DNA of 64,000 bases from Coriobacteriales bacterium (GTDB lineage Bacteria; Actinomycetota; Coriobacteriia; Coriobacteriales; CADBOM01): NCBI GenBank assembly GCA_050946275.1, contig JBMNUM010000001.1:92690-156689 (forward strand). The letters are read 5' to 3'. Below, piece after piece: positions 45,388 through 52,012 of the stretch (position 1 is the stretch's first letter; each line of letters starts with the position of its first letter). The notes under the pieces are model-generated. The model was not told the origin of the DNA, made no database searches, and was given only the letters and a program-made list of their open reading frames with translations. A program made the position numbers and the translations under genes.

Positions 45388-46158
45388 ATGAGCATTCTGG
45401 ATAGCGTCAAAGGCAAGCTTGGGGACAAGCTGGACGGTTTTCGCGGCAGGGATAATTGGGACGACGATTACGACGATTACGATGAGTGGGATGAGGAGTA
45501 CGACGAGGACGACTACTACGATTCCCAGTCCGATGATTACGATGACGGCTACGATCCCAACGCCACGCAGGCTCCCGGCTGGGATCGCGGTGGCCGCGGG
45601 GACGCGGGCACGCCGCTCGTCTCCTCGACCGACATCCGCGCATCGCGCGGCTACGAGTCGCGTCGCCGCGACAGCTCTTCGATAAGCACGCCCGACTACG
45701 AGTCGTCGCTGTCGATGTACAAGATCGAGCCGCGCGACGGCATCGGCCGCGCGTCCAACCACTCGCCCGAGGCGATCGACGCTGCCCGCGAGGAGCTCGA
45801 CCAGCTGCAGCGCGGCATTCCGGTTCCGCTGAACAGCATGTCCAGCAACCTGCCGCGTTCCGCGCAGGTTAAGCAGCCCTCCACCGTCAGCCGCAGGATC
45901 GTGACCATCACGCCGACGAACTACGAGGACGCCGCGAAGGTCGCCGATGCGTTCCGCGCCGGCTCTTCCGTCGTGATCGCGCTGACCGCCATCCGCCCGG
46001 ATCTGGCGCGTCGCCTGCTCGACTTCTCGTTCGGCGTCGTGAGCGTCAGCGAGGGCAAGGTCGAGAAGATCGGCGAGCGCGTGTTCTTCCTGTCGCGCGG
46101 CGGCATCTCGATCACCGAGTCCGAGAAGCAGCAGCTGGTCGACGCCGGGGTGCTGTAG
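45388..46158 (+). CDS. sepF: Cell division protein SepF.
   Basis: The C-terminal SepF core reads ITPTNYEDAAKVADAFRAGSSVVIALT...RLLDFSFGVVSVSEGKVEKIGERVFFL. Long Asp/Tyr/Trp-rich N-terminal region. Confidence 0.88.
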   Translation: MSILDSVKGKLGDKLDGFRGRDNWDDDYDDYDEWDEEYDEDDYYDSQSDDYDDGYDPNATQAPGWDRGGRGDAGTPLVSSTDIRASRGYESRRRDSSSISTPDYESSLSMYKIEPRDGIGRASNHSPEAIDAAREELDQLQRGIPVPLNSMSSNLPRSAQVKQPSTVSRRIVTITPTNYEDAAKVADAFRAGSSVVIALTAIRPDLARRLLDFSFGVVSVSEGKVEKIGERVFFLSRGGISITESEKQQLVDAGVL

Positions 46159-46986
46159 ATGACGGAGGCCGCCGAGATCCGATCGGCGCTCGGCCGGGTG
46201 CTCATCGTTGGCGGCGGGAGAATGGGTGAGGCCATCCTCGCCGGCCTGCTCAACGCGCGGGCGCTCGAGCCCTCGGACGTGATCGTCGCGAATCCGGGAC
46301 TCGCCAAGCGCGAGCGTCTCTCATCAACCTATGGAATCGCCTGCGTCGCCGACGCGACGGAGGCCGGTTCGTGCGATACGTGCATCCTCGCGGTGAAGCC
46401 GCAGGTCATGCATGATGTGCTCGTCTCCCTGACGGAGGGTCGCGAGTTCGCCCCGCAGCGGGTGATCTCGGTCGCCGCCGGTGTGAAGACGGCGTTCCTC
46501 GCGGAGTTCTTCCCAGCCAGCCATGTGATCCGCGTCATGCCCAACACGCCGTTGACGGTCGGGGAGGGCATGGTCGGCATCTCGCTGGGAGCCGGCGTTC
46601 CCGCCGAGGAGGGCGAACTTGCAAGCGCGCTCTTCGAGCTCATGGGCAAGGCCGTCGTCGTCGACGAGCCGCTGCAGGATGCGGTGGTCGCGCTTTCCGG
46701 CTCGGGTCCGGCGTATTTCGCGCTGGTCTGCCGCGAGCTGGCCGCTGCAGGCGAGGAACTGGGACTTCCCGCGGATTTGGCGCGCGAGCTCGCCATCCAG
46801 ACGATGGTCGGCACGGGTGCGCTCCTGACCGAGACGGGGCAGTCGCCCGAGGAGCTCATCGATGCGGTGAGCAGCCCCGGCGGCACCACCATCGCCGCGC
46901 TCGACGCCATGCGCGCGGCTGGTCTGCCCGAGGCGCTGCATGAGGGCGCGCGGGCTGCCGCGAGGCGATCGGAGGAGCTGTCATGA
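46159..46986 (+). CDS. proC: Pyrroline-5-carboxylate reductase.
   Basis: 275 aa. Rossmann N-terminus VLIVGGGRMGEAI. RVMPNTP and SPGGTTIAAL motifs. Confidence 0.9.
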   Translation: MTEAAEIRSALGRVLIVGGGRMGEAILAGLLNARALEPSDVIVANPGLAKRERLSSTYGIACVADATEAGSCDTCILAVKPQVMHDVLVSLTEGREFAPQRVISVAAGVKTAFLAEFFPASHVIRVMPNTPLTVGEGMVGISLGAGVPAEEGELASALFELMGKAVVVDEPLQDAVVALSGSGPAYFALVCRELAAAGEELGLPADLARELAIQTMVGTGALLTETGQSPEELIDAVSSPGGTTIAALDAMRAAGLPEALHEGARAAARRSEELS

Positions 46987-47237
46987 TTCCCTGGCTGATC
47001 CTCAAGATCATCGACCTCTACGTCCTCGTCATCTTCGTCTACATCATCATGTCGTGGATCCCGAACAACAATGCGACGTTCAACACGGTCTACGAAGCGC
47101 TCGGTCGGATCTGCGAGCCGTTTCTCGGGCTGTTCCGCAAGATCATACCCCCGGTTGGCGGGCTCGATTTCAGCCCGATAGTCGCCGTGATTGTATTACA
47201 ATTAATTGCAAGACTGGTCATAGGACTGCTATTCTAG
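46983..47237 (+). CDS. yggT: YggT-family membrane protein.
   Basis: 84 aa, two TM segments, with the IIMSWIP...GGLDFSPIVA pattern. ATGA overlap with proC. Confidence 0.85.
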   Translation: MIPWLILKIIDLYVLVIFVYIIMSWIPNNNATFNTVYEALGRICEPFLGLFRKIIPPVGGLDFSPIVAVIVLQLIARLVIGLLF

Positions 47238-47317
47238 AGTGTGGCAAGTTCATCAGGCATTTCGGCCCGCAGGGCAGAGCTGCGAAGTCGGTTGAGACAG
47301 ACGGAAGGAATCGTTAG

Positions 47318-48049
47318 ATGAGCATTTCCAGCATTGATATTCAGGAGCAGGGTTTCGGTACGGCTCGCAATGGCTACGATATGCAAGAGGTCGACGTGTT
47401 CCTCGAGCGTGTGGCTACGGAGCTCGACAAGATGCAGGCCGATTTCGAGGATCAGCTCGCGGCTGCGCGCGCAGAGGCCGCCAAGGCTGCTGCCAACCAG
47501 TCGTCCCCCGAGCAGGAGGCCGAGATTCGCGCCCTCAAGGCCGAGGTCGCCAAGCTGCAGAATCAGCTCGCTGAGCAGCAGACGAACGAGTCGGTGATCT
47601 CCGAGGCGTTCATCGCCGCTCAGAAGAGCGCGAACAAGATCAAGGACGAGGCTCGCAGCGAGGGCGACAAGGTCCTGCGCGATGCGGATGCCAAGGCCAA
47701 GCAGATCATCGGCGAGGCCGCCGGCGAGAAGAAGCGCATCATCGCCGAGATCGAGCGCCTCGAGACCTCCCGCACGAATTTCGTCGAGGAGTACTCGAAG
47801 CTCGTCGCCCACTTCCAGGATGAGGCGAAGCGCGTCTTCACGAGCGTCGGCCTGACGACCGACGATGGCGTCATCAACAAGGACATGAAGTCGATCCTCG
47901 ACGATGCCGACCGCGATTACGGCGTCTCCGCCGGCGACGAGAGCTACGGCGACGATGCCATTCCGTCGTACGGCTCGCTCGGCGATGCCCCCAAGGCCGA
48001 TGACACCATGTTCGGCGCGACGGGCAGCATCGACATCGACATCGACTAG
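47318..48049 (+). CDS. divIVA: DivIVA-domain cell-pole/septum scaffold protein.
   Basis: The N-terminus reads IDIQEQGFGTARNGYDMQEVDVFLERVATEL, followed by a long coiled coil. Confidence 0.88.
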   Translation: MSISSIDIQEQGFGTARNGYDMQEVDVFLERVATELDKMQADFEDQLAAARAEAAKAAANQSSPEQEAEIRALKAEVAKLQNQLAEQQTNESVISEAFIAAQKSANKIKDEARSEGDKVLRDADAKAKQIIGEAAGEKKRIIAEIERLETSRTNFVEEYSKLVAHFQDEAKRVFTSVGLTTDDGVINKDMKSILDDADRDYGVSAGDESYGDDAIPSYGSLGDAPKADDTMFGATGSIDIDID

Positions 48050-48051
48050 AC

Positions 48052-48327
48052 ATGCCCGTGCGTCTCGCGGTCAAGGTCAGCCCCAAGGCCTCGAGGAACG
48101 GAATACAAGGATGGACGGATAGCTCCCCGCGGGAGCTGTCCGTTTGCGTTAGCGTCGCTCCCGAGGGCGGCAAGGCGAACAAGGCGGTCTGCGAGCTCGT
48201 GGCAAAGTCGCTCGGCATCGCGAAGTCGCGCGTGAGCGTGAAGAGGGGAGAGACCGCGCGCCACAAGCAGCTCGAGATCGACATCGACGAAGCCGCCTTT
48301 CAGGAGTGGTGCGACGGCATCGGCTGA
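48052..48327 (+). CDS. DUF167 (YggU-like) protein.
   Basis: 91 aa. LAVKVSPKASRNGI...GGKANKAVCELVAKSLGIAKSRVSVKRGETARHKQLEI is the typical DUF167 pattern. Confidence 0.8.
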   Translation: MPVRLAVKVSPKASRNGIQGWTDSSPRELSVCVSVAPEGGKANKAVCELVAKSLGIAKSRVSVKRGETARHKQLEIDIDEAAFQEWCDGIG

Positions 48328-48398
48328 GCCCGAGCGGAGCAGGCTCGCCCGCGCATCCGGCCGGTGCTCTCCGCGTCGCGCCATCACAGCATCCCATG

Positions 48399-48407
48399 TG
48401 GTAGAAT
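48399..48407 (+). promoter_or_regulatory. Extended -10 element (TGgTAGAAT) for rnpB.
   Basis: TGG TAGAAT read at 48399-48407, 7 nt upstream of the first base that pairs in the RNase P P1 stem. Confidence 0.5.
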
Positions 48408-48413
48408 CGCAGT

Positions 48414-48768
48414 CCGGAGCGGGCCGGGCGGCCGCGCCATGGGTTGGTCCCATGGTGAGGAAAGTCCGGGCTCCACAGGGCAGGATGCCAGCTAACGGCT
48501 GGGCGGGGCGACCCGACGGAAAGTGCCACAGAAAAGGAAACTCCCCTGTACCTTCGGGTGCGGGAGAAAAGCTGAAAAGGTGCGGTAAGAGCGCACCAGC
48601 GTCGCGGTAACGCGGCGGCTTGGCAAACCCCATCCGGAGCAAGGGCAAATAGGGGTGCTATGCGCTGGCCCGGCGTGCATCCGGGTTGCCTGCTAGAGCT
48701 GTCCGGCGACGGGCAGTCGAGATAAATGACCGCACACGACAGAACCCGGCTTACAGGCCCGCTCCGGT
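48414..48768 (+). ncRNA. rnpB: RNase P RNA, bacterial type A.
   Basis: Universally conserved GAGGAAAGTCCGGGCTCCACAGGGCA and ACAGAACCCGGCTTA blocks. The 5' CCGGAGCGGGCC pairs with the 3' GGCCCGCTCCGG (P1). Confidence 0.92.
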
Positions 48769-48782
48769 TCATCATCTTCGCG

Positions 48783-49047
48783 CCTTGCTGACCGCTCCTG
48801 CGGCAGCGGCAATCAGCAAACCCGCATTTCGACCCTCAAGGTGGGGTTTGCTGACCGCGGACCGGGCAACGACAATCAGCAAACCCGCATTCCGGCCTCC
48901 CAGGTGGGGTTTGCTGACCGCTCCTGCGGCAGCGGCAATCAGCAAACCCGCATTTCGACCCTCAAAGTGGGGTTTGCTGACCGCTCCTGCGCTTCCGGCA
49001 ATCAGCAAACCCGCATTCCAGCCTCCCGGGTGGGGTTTGCTGATTGC
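48783..49047. repeat. Family-B tandem hairpin repeat array, about 4 units with a 62-63 bp period.
   Basis: Units start at 48841, 48904, 48966 and 49029 (GTGGGGTTTGCTGA...). Each contains AATCAGCAAACCCGCATT(T/C)C. The array lies between convergent rnpB and the tRNA operon. Confidence 0.88.
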
Positions 49048-49160
49048 GGTTGACATCCGTGGAGGCCATTATCCGCCCGGCACTGCGTCCGTCCGGTGCC
49101 GTGTCCCGCGTACAGGGGAAAACAGCCAATTATGGCTTGAGGCTTGAAAGGGGGCTAGGG

Positions 49161-49191
49161 CAAACAAAAAGGCCAACCGTTCGGTTGACCT
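49161..49191 (-). terminator. Rho-independent terminator of the tRNA-Gln/tRNA-Glu operon.
   Basis: The minus strand reads AGGTCAACCG-AA-CGGTTGGCCT followed by TTTTTGTTTG. Confidence 0.75.
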
Positions 49192-49199
49192 GAAGTAGT

Positions 49200-49276
49200 T
49201 GGTAGCCCGTGCGGGATTCGAACCCGCGATCTCCGCCTTGAGAGGGCGGTGTCCTAAACCGCTAGACGAACGGGCC
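49200..49276 (-). tRNA. tRNA-Glu (anticodon CTC).
   Basis: Manual cloverleaf: GGCCCGT acceptor (G1-U72), anticodon arm CCGCC-CTCTCAA-GGCGG, T-arm GCGGG-TTCGAAT-CCCGC, encoded CCA. Confidence 0.85.
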
Positions 49277-49293
49277 ATTCACAGTTGCTCTAA

Positions 49294-49367
49294 TGGCTGG
49301 GGTGGAAGGAGTCGAACCCTCACTGACGGAACCAGAATCCGCTGTCCTACCATTAGACGACACCCCA
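49294..49367 (-). tRNA. tRNA-Gln (anticodon CTG).
   Basis: Manual cloverleaf: acceptor TGGGGTG/CACCCCA, anticodon loop TTCTGGT, T-loop TTCGACT, encoded CCA. Confidence 0.85.
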
Positions 49368-49414
49368 GTGCAGAGAGCAGATCGAGCACTCGGTGCCCTG
49401 CAAATGCAAGAGAG

Positions 49415-49443
49415 ATATTACAGAAGGGCGCGGACGTTGGCAA
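49415..49443 (-). promoter_or_regulatory. Sigma-70-type promoter of the tRNA-Gln/Glu operon.
   Basis: Minus strand: TTGCCA, 17-nt spacer, TAATAT, about 45 nt upstream of the tRNA-Gln 5' end. Confidence 0.65.
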
Positions 49444-49488
49444 GTGTGAATTTCAAATTGACCGTTCACGAACGACGAGCGGAAACTG

Positions 49489-49696
49489 AGGGGCTTACTG
49501 ACCCCGCTTGCGGCGAGAGCAATCAGCAAACCCGCATTTCGACCTCCCAGGTGGGGTTTGCTGACCGCGTTCGGGGTCCCGGCAATCAGTAAACCCGCAT
49601 TTCGACCCCTCATGTGGGGTTTGCTGACCGCTGGGAGAGCGACTGCAGTCAGCAAACCCGCATTCCGGCCTCCCGTGTGGGGTTTGCTGATTGCGC
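49489..49696. repeat. Family-B tandem hairpin repeat array, about 3.5 units.
   Basis: The same unit as at 48783-49047. It abuts family-A copy 3, mirroring the A+B arrangement at 18970-19524. Confidence 0.85.
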
Positions 49697-49743
49697 TTAT
49701 GGCGGGCGACAGAGTATGGCCGCCGGGCTAGGTCTCGTCCGTC

Positions 49744-50029
49744 TGTCCGGAAATGCGGGGATGTCGAAAACAGGGGCGCCCGTGCACGTTTCCACGGCCC
49801 GCCTGTCCCAAATTGCGGGGTTGTCGAAAGCGGATCCCTCCCGCCTGTCCGGAAATGCGGGGTTGTCGAAAAATCTTGCCCGAAAACGCGGGGATGTCGA
49901 ATAATCCGGAGCGCCCCGCTTTCGACATCCCCGCATTTTGGGACACGGGAGGGAGTTTTCCTTGCAAGGCGGGTCTGGTTTTCGACAAACCCGCAATTTC
50001 GGGCCCTCGCGTGGGGCTTGCTGATTGCG
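49744..50029. repeat. Family-A nested-palindrome element, copy 3 (inverted relative to copy 2), ending in an A/B hybrid unit.
   Basis: Four forward and two reverse half-sites. Its reverse complement aligns at about 90% identity to 18970-19227. The last unit joins TTTCGACAAACCCGCAATTTCGGG to GTGGGGCTTGCTGATTGCG. Confidence 0.85.
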
Positions 50030-50032
50030 TTC

Positions 50033-50100
50033 GGGAAAAACGCCCCTGCGTTGGGGCGTTGTCTTTGAGGTGGCGCGCCCTGGGGTTCGAGCGCCCGGAG
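50033..50100 (-). repeat. Direct duplicate of the tRNA-Arg 3' end plus its terminator, with a decayed T-arm.
   Basis: 50033-50082 matches 50166-50220 almost base for base (apart from a 5-nt indel) across the terminator hairpin plus TGGCGCGCCCTG. The following GGGGTTCGAGCGCCCGG resembles AGGGATTCGAACCCCCGG of the tRNA, but no acceptor 5' strand is present. Confidence 0.7.
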
Positions 50101-50167
50101 AACGTGCCGGCTTTAGCCGGCCCAGGGGCCGGAGGCCAGGTGCGAATCCCTCCGCGGGGATGTTCGG

Positions 50168-50198
50168 GAAAAGAAAAACGCCCCTGCGTTGGGGCGTT
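50168..50198 (-). terminator. Rho-independent terminator of tRNA-Arg.
   Basis: The minus strand reads AACGCCCC-AACGCA-GGGGCGTT followed by TTTCTTTTCCC. Confidence 0.75.
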
Positions 50199-50208
50199 GT
50201 CTTTGAGG

Positions 50209-50285
50209 TGGCGCGCCCTGAGGGATTCGAACCCCCGGCGTTCTGATTCGTAGTCAGACCCTCTATCCAGCTGAGGTAAGGGCGC
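50209..50285 (-). tRNA. tRNA-Arg (anticodon ACG).
   Basis: Manual cloverleaf: acceptor GCGCCCT/AGGGCGC, anticodon arm TCTGA-CTACGAA-TCAGA, T-arm GGGGG-TTCGAAT-CCCTC, discriminator G, encoded CCA. Confidence 0.9.
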
Positions 50286-50297
50286 GTGCAGGAAATT

Positions 50298-50326
50298 ATT
50301 TTTGCACCAGCGTGGTCCTATGTCAA
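50298..50326 (-). promoter_or_regulatory. Sigma-70-type promoter of tRNA-Arg.
   Basis: Minus strand: TTGACA, 17-nt spacer, AAAAAT, about 12 nt upstream of the tRNA 5' end. Confidence 0.55.
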
Positions 50327-50599
50327 ATGCATTCGCCGAGCGGACGGTGACCGGTTTGCGGATCGTGCAGGGCAACGCATGACCGAGGGGCGGCTGCGCG
50401 TGCGCCGCGGCGGCTCGCAGGCCTGCTCGCAGGTCGTCCGGGCCCGACGACGCACGGTTGGGGGATGGGAGCGGCGGCTCGCATGCATGCTCGCAGGCCG
50501 CATGGGTGCGGCAAGACGCTGGCGGGGAGGGGCGAGGGTGGGTCCACCTCGACGACTCACAAGCCTGCTCGCAGGCCGCGTTCGCGCGCAGCCGGACCG

Positions 50600-51709
50600 C
50601 TAGTCTCGCCTCACGTGCTTGCCGTGAGCGCTCTCGGAGGCATCCGGTTCTCCCATGGGGGCGAGCAGGAGCTCGTCCTCCACGTGCACGGCCGCGGGGT
50701 TCTTCGAGCTGATGATCGACTGCCTCATCTCCACGAGGCGCTCGCCCTTGGCGCCCGGATCCTTCTTGTGGGCGCGGTCCGTGTGGTGGCTCTTGTGCGC
50801 ACCCTCGGTCTTGAGCCTCGAAAGGTTGCGCAAGTAGAGCTGCTGCAGGCCGATGATCGCCATCGACGCGACGGCACCCAGGACGCCCATGTAGATGTGG
50901 ATCGTCCCCGGGAAGACGAACGACAGCCCGAGGCTCAGCACGAGCAGCACCGCCGTCGTTATGAAGGCGCCCTTCAGCTTCCACCTTATCTCGAATATCT
51001 GCACGATGAGGGCGAATCCCATCGCGTAGTAAACAGCGATCTTGTGCAGGTGGACGTCGATGCCCTCGCAGAACAGCACGACTCCGATGATGACGATGAA
51101 GCACAGCGCGAGGATCTTCACACCCGAATTGCGGTTGATGAACTCCGAGATGGGGTTCGCGAAGATGATCATGATGGCCACGGCGATCATGACGGCCGCG
51201 ATCATGATGGGCAGGTCGTTGACCATGCCCACGGCGGTGATGACGGAGTCGAGCGAGAAGATGATGTCCATCACCATGATGAGCGCGACTGCATGCACGA
51301 GCCCGATATGGCGCATCTCGCCGCCGGATTCCGCATGGCGCTCCTCCTCCAGCCCGATCTTGCCGACGAGCTCGCGGATGCCCTTGTACACGAGGTAGAT
51401 ACCACCCGCGAGCATGATGATGTCGCGCGCGGTGATCTGAGCCATGTCGCCCTCGAGGAACTCGAGCGTGAGCAGGGGCGTGTGCAGCGACGCGAGCCAC
51501 GAGATCATGCACAGCAGCACGATGCGCATGCACAGCGCGCCGACGAGTCCCGCCCGGCGCCCGAGCGACTTGCGGTGGTCGGGGAGGCGGTCGGTGGTGA
51601 TGGCGATGAAGACGAGGTTGTCGATGCCGAGCACGAGCTCGAGGAACGTGAGCGTTGCGAGCTCGACCCATGCCTGGGGCGTCGAGAATATCGCGAGCGC
51701 ATCGAGCAT
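50600..51709 (-). CDS. TerC-family integral membrane protein.
   Basis: ELVLGIDNLVFIAI and FSLDSVITAVGM TerC signature repeats. Start chosen at MLDALAIF (ATG 51709). The basic/His-rich C-terminal tail is probably cytoplasmic. Confidence 0.85.
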   Translation of the reverse strand: MLDALAIFSTPQAWVELATLTFLELVLGIDNLVFIAITTDRLPDHRKSLGRRAGLVGALCMRIVLLCMISWLASLHTPLLTLEFLEGDMAQITARDIIMLAGGIYLVYKGIRELVGKIGLEEERHAESGGEMRHIGLVHAVALIMVMDIIFSLDSVITAVGMVNDLPIMIAAVMIAVAIMIIFANPISEFINRNSGVKILALCFIVIIGVVLFCEGIDVHLHKIAVYYAMGFALIVQIFEIRWKLKGAFITTAVLLVLSLGLSFVFPGTIHIYMGVLGAVASMAIIGLQQLYLRNLSRLKTEGAHKSHHTDRAHKKDPGAKGERLVEMRQSIISSKNPAAVHVEDELLLAPMGEPDASESAHGKHVRRD

Positions 51710-51741
51710 CGTATGAGCATCCTCCGTGATCCGCGGCGGCC

Positions 51742-51774
51742 ACAAAAAACAAACGGCGCCTCGAGGGGCGCCGT
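51742..51774 (-). terminator. Rho-independent terminator of tRNA-Leu.
   Basis: The minus strand reads ACGGCGCC-CCTCGA-GGCGCCGT followed by TTGTTTTTTGTG. Confidence 0.75.
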
Positions 51775-51785
51775 GAAGTTCACGA

Positions 51786-51872
51786 TGGTGCGGGTGAAAG
51801 GACTTGAACCTTCATGGGGTTGCCCCCATACGGACCTGAACCGTACGCGTCTGCCAATTCCGCCACACCCGC
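51786..51872 (-). tRNA. tRNA-Leu (anticodon CAG), long variable arm.
   Basis: Manual cloverleaf: acceptor GCGGGTG/CACCCGC, anticodon arm TACGG-TTCAGGT-CCGTA, variable arm stem-loop (ATGGGG-GCAA-CCCCAT), T-loop TTCAAGT, encoded CCA. Confidence 0.9.
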
Positions 51873-51885
51873 ACTAGCGGAAGCC

Positions 51886-51894
51886 ATCATACCA
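51886..51894 (-). promoter_or_regulatory. Extended -10 (TGgTATGAT) upstream of tRNA-Leu.
   Basis: The minus strand reads ATGGTATGATGG, about 14 nt upstream of the tRNA 5' end, inside an AT-rich stretch. Confidence 0.5.
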
Positions 51895-52012
51895 TAAATG
51901 CCGAAAGTCAATCTTAAAAGTTAGAAAACGGGTAAAATAAACCTGTTGATGGCAAAACGGCCGCAACGCCTTGCAAACGAACACCAACCAGACCACGCAA
52001 GGAGCTGCAGAG

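Noticed and set aside
48783-49047. The family-B arrays superficially resemble a CRISPR array: regular period of about 62 bp, with palindromic repeats.
   Set aside because: The conserved part is about 45 bp, and the variable 'spacers' are only 13-17 bp and resemble one another. The repeat pairs across unit boundaries into hairpins. The arrays have only 3-4 units and occur at four loci. No cas genes or leader are present in the window.
50071-50160. A possible additional tRNA, or a long-variable-arm tRNA, next to tRNA-Arg.
   Set aside because: Only the 3' acceptor strand plus CCA and a degenerate T-arm are present. No complementary 5' acceptor strand, D-arm or proper 7-nt anticodon loop could be drawn by hand on either strand.
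49728-51752. A 674-aa minus-strand ORF spanning repeats, tRNA-Arg and the TerC region.
   Set aside because: It runs through a tRNA gene, terminators and the repeat families, and its translation is Arg/Pro/Ala-rich. The real gene is the TerC-family ORF in another frame (50600-51709).
51710-51785. A yybP-ykoY (Mn2+) riboswitch, which commonly precedes TerC-family genes.
   Set aside because: Only about 75 nt separate the TerC start from tRNA-Leu, and most of that is the tRNA terminator hairpin. No conserved riboswitch core sequence is visible.
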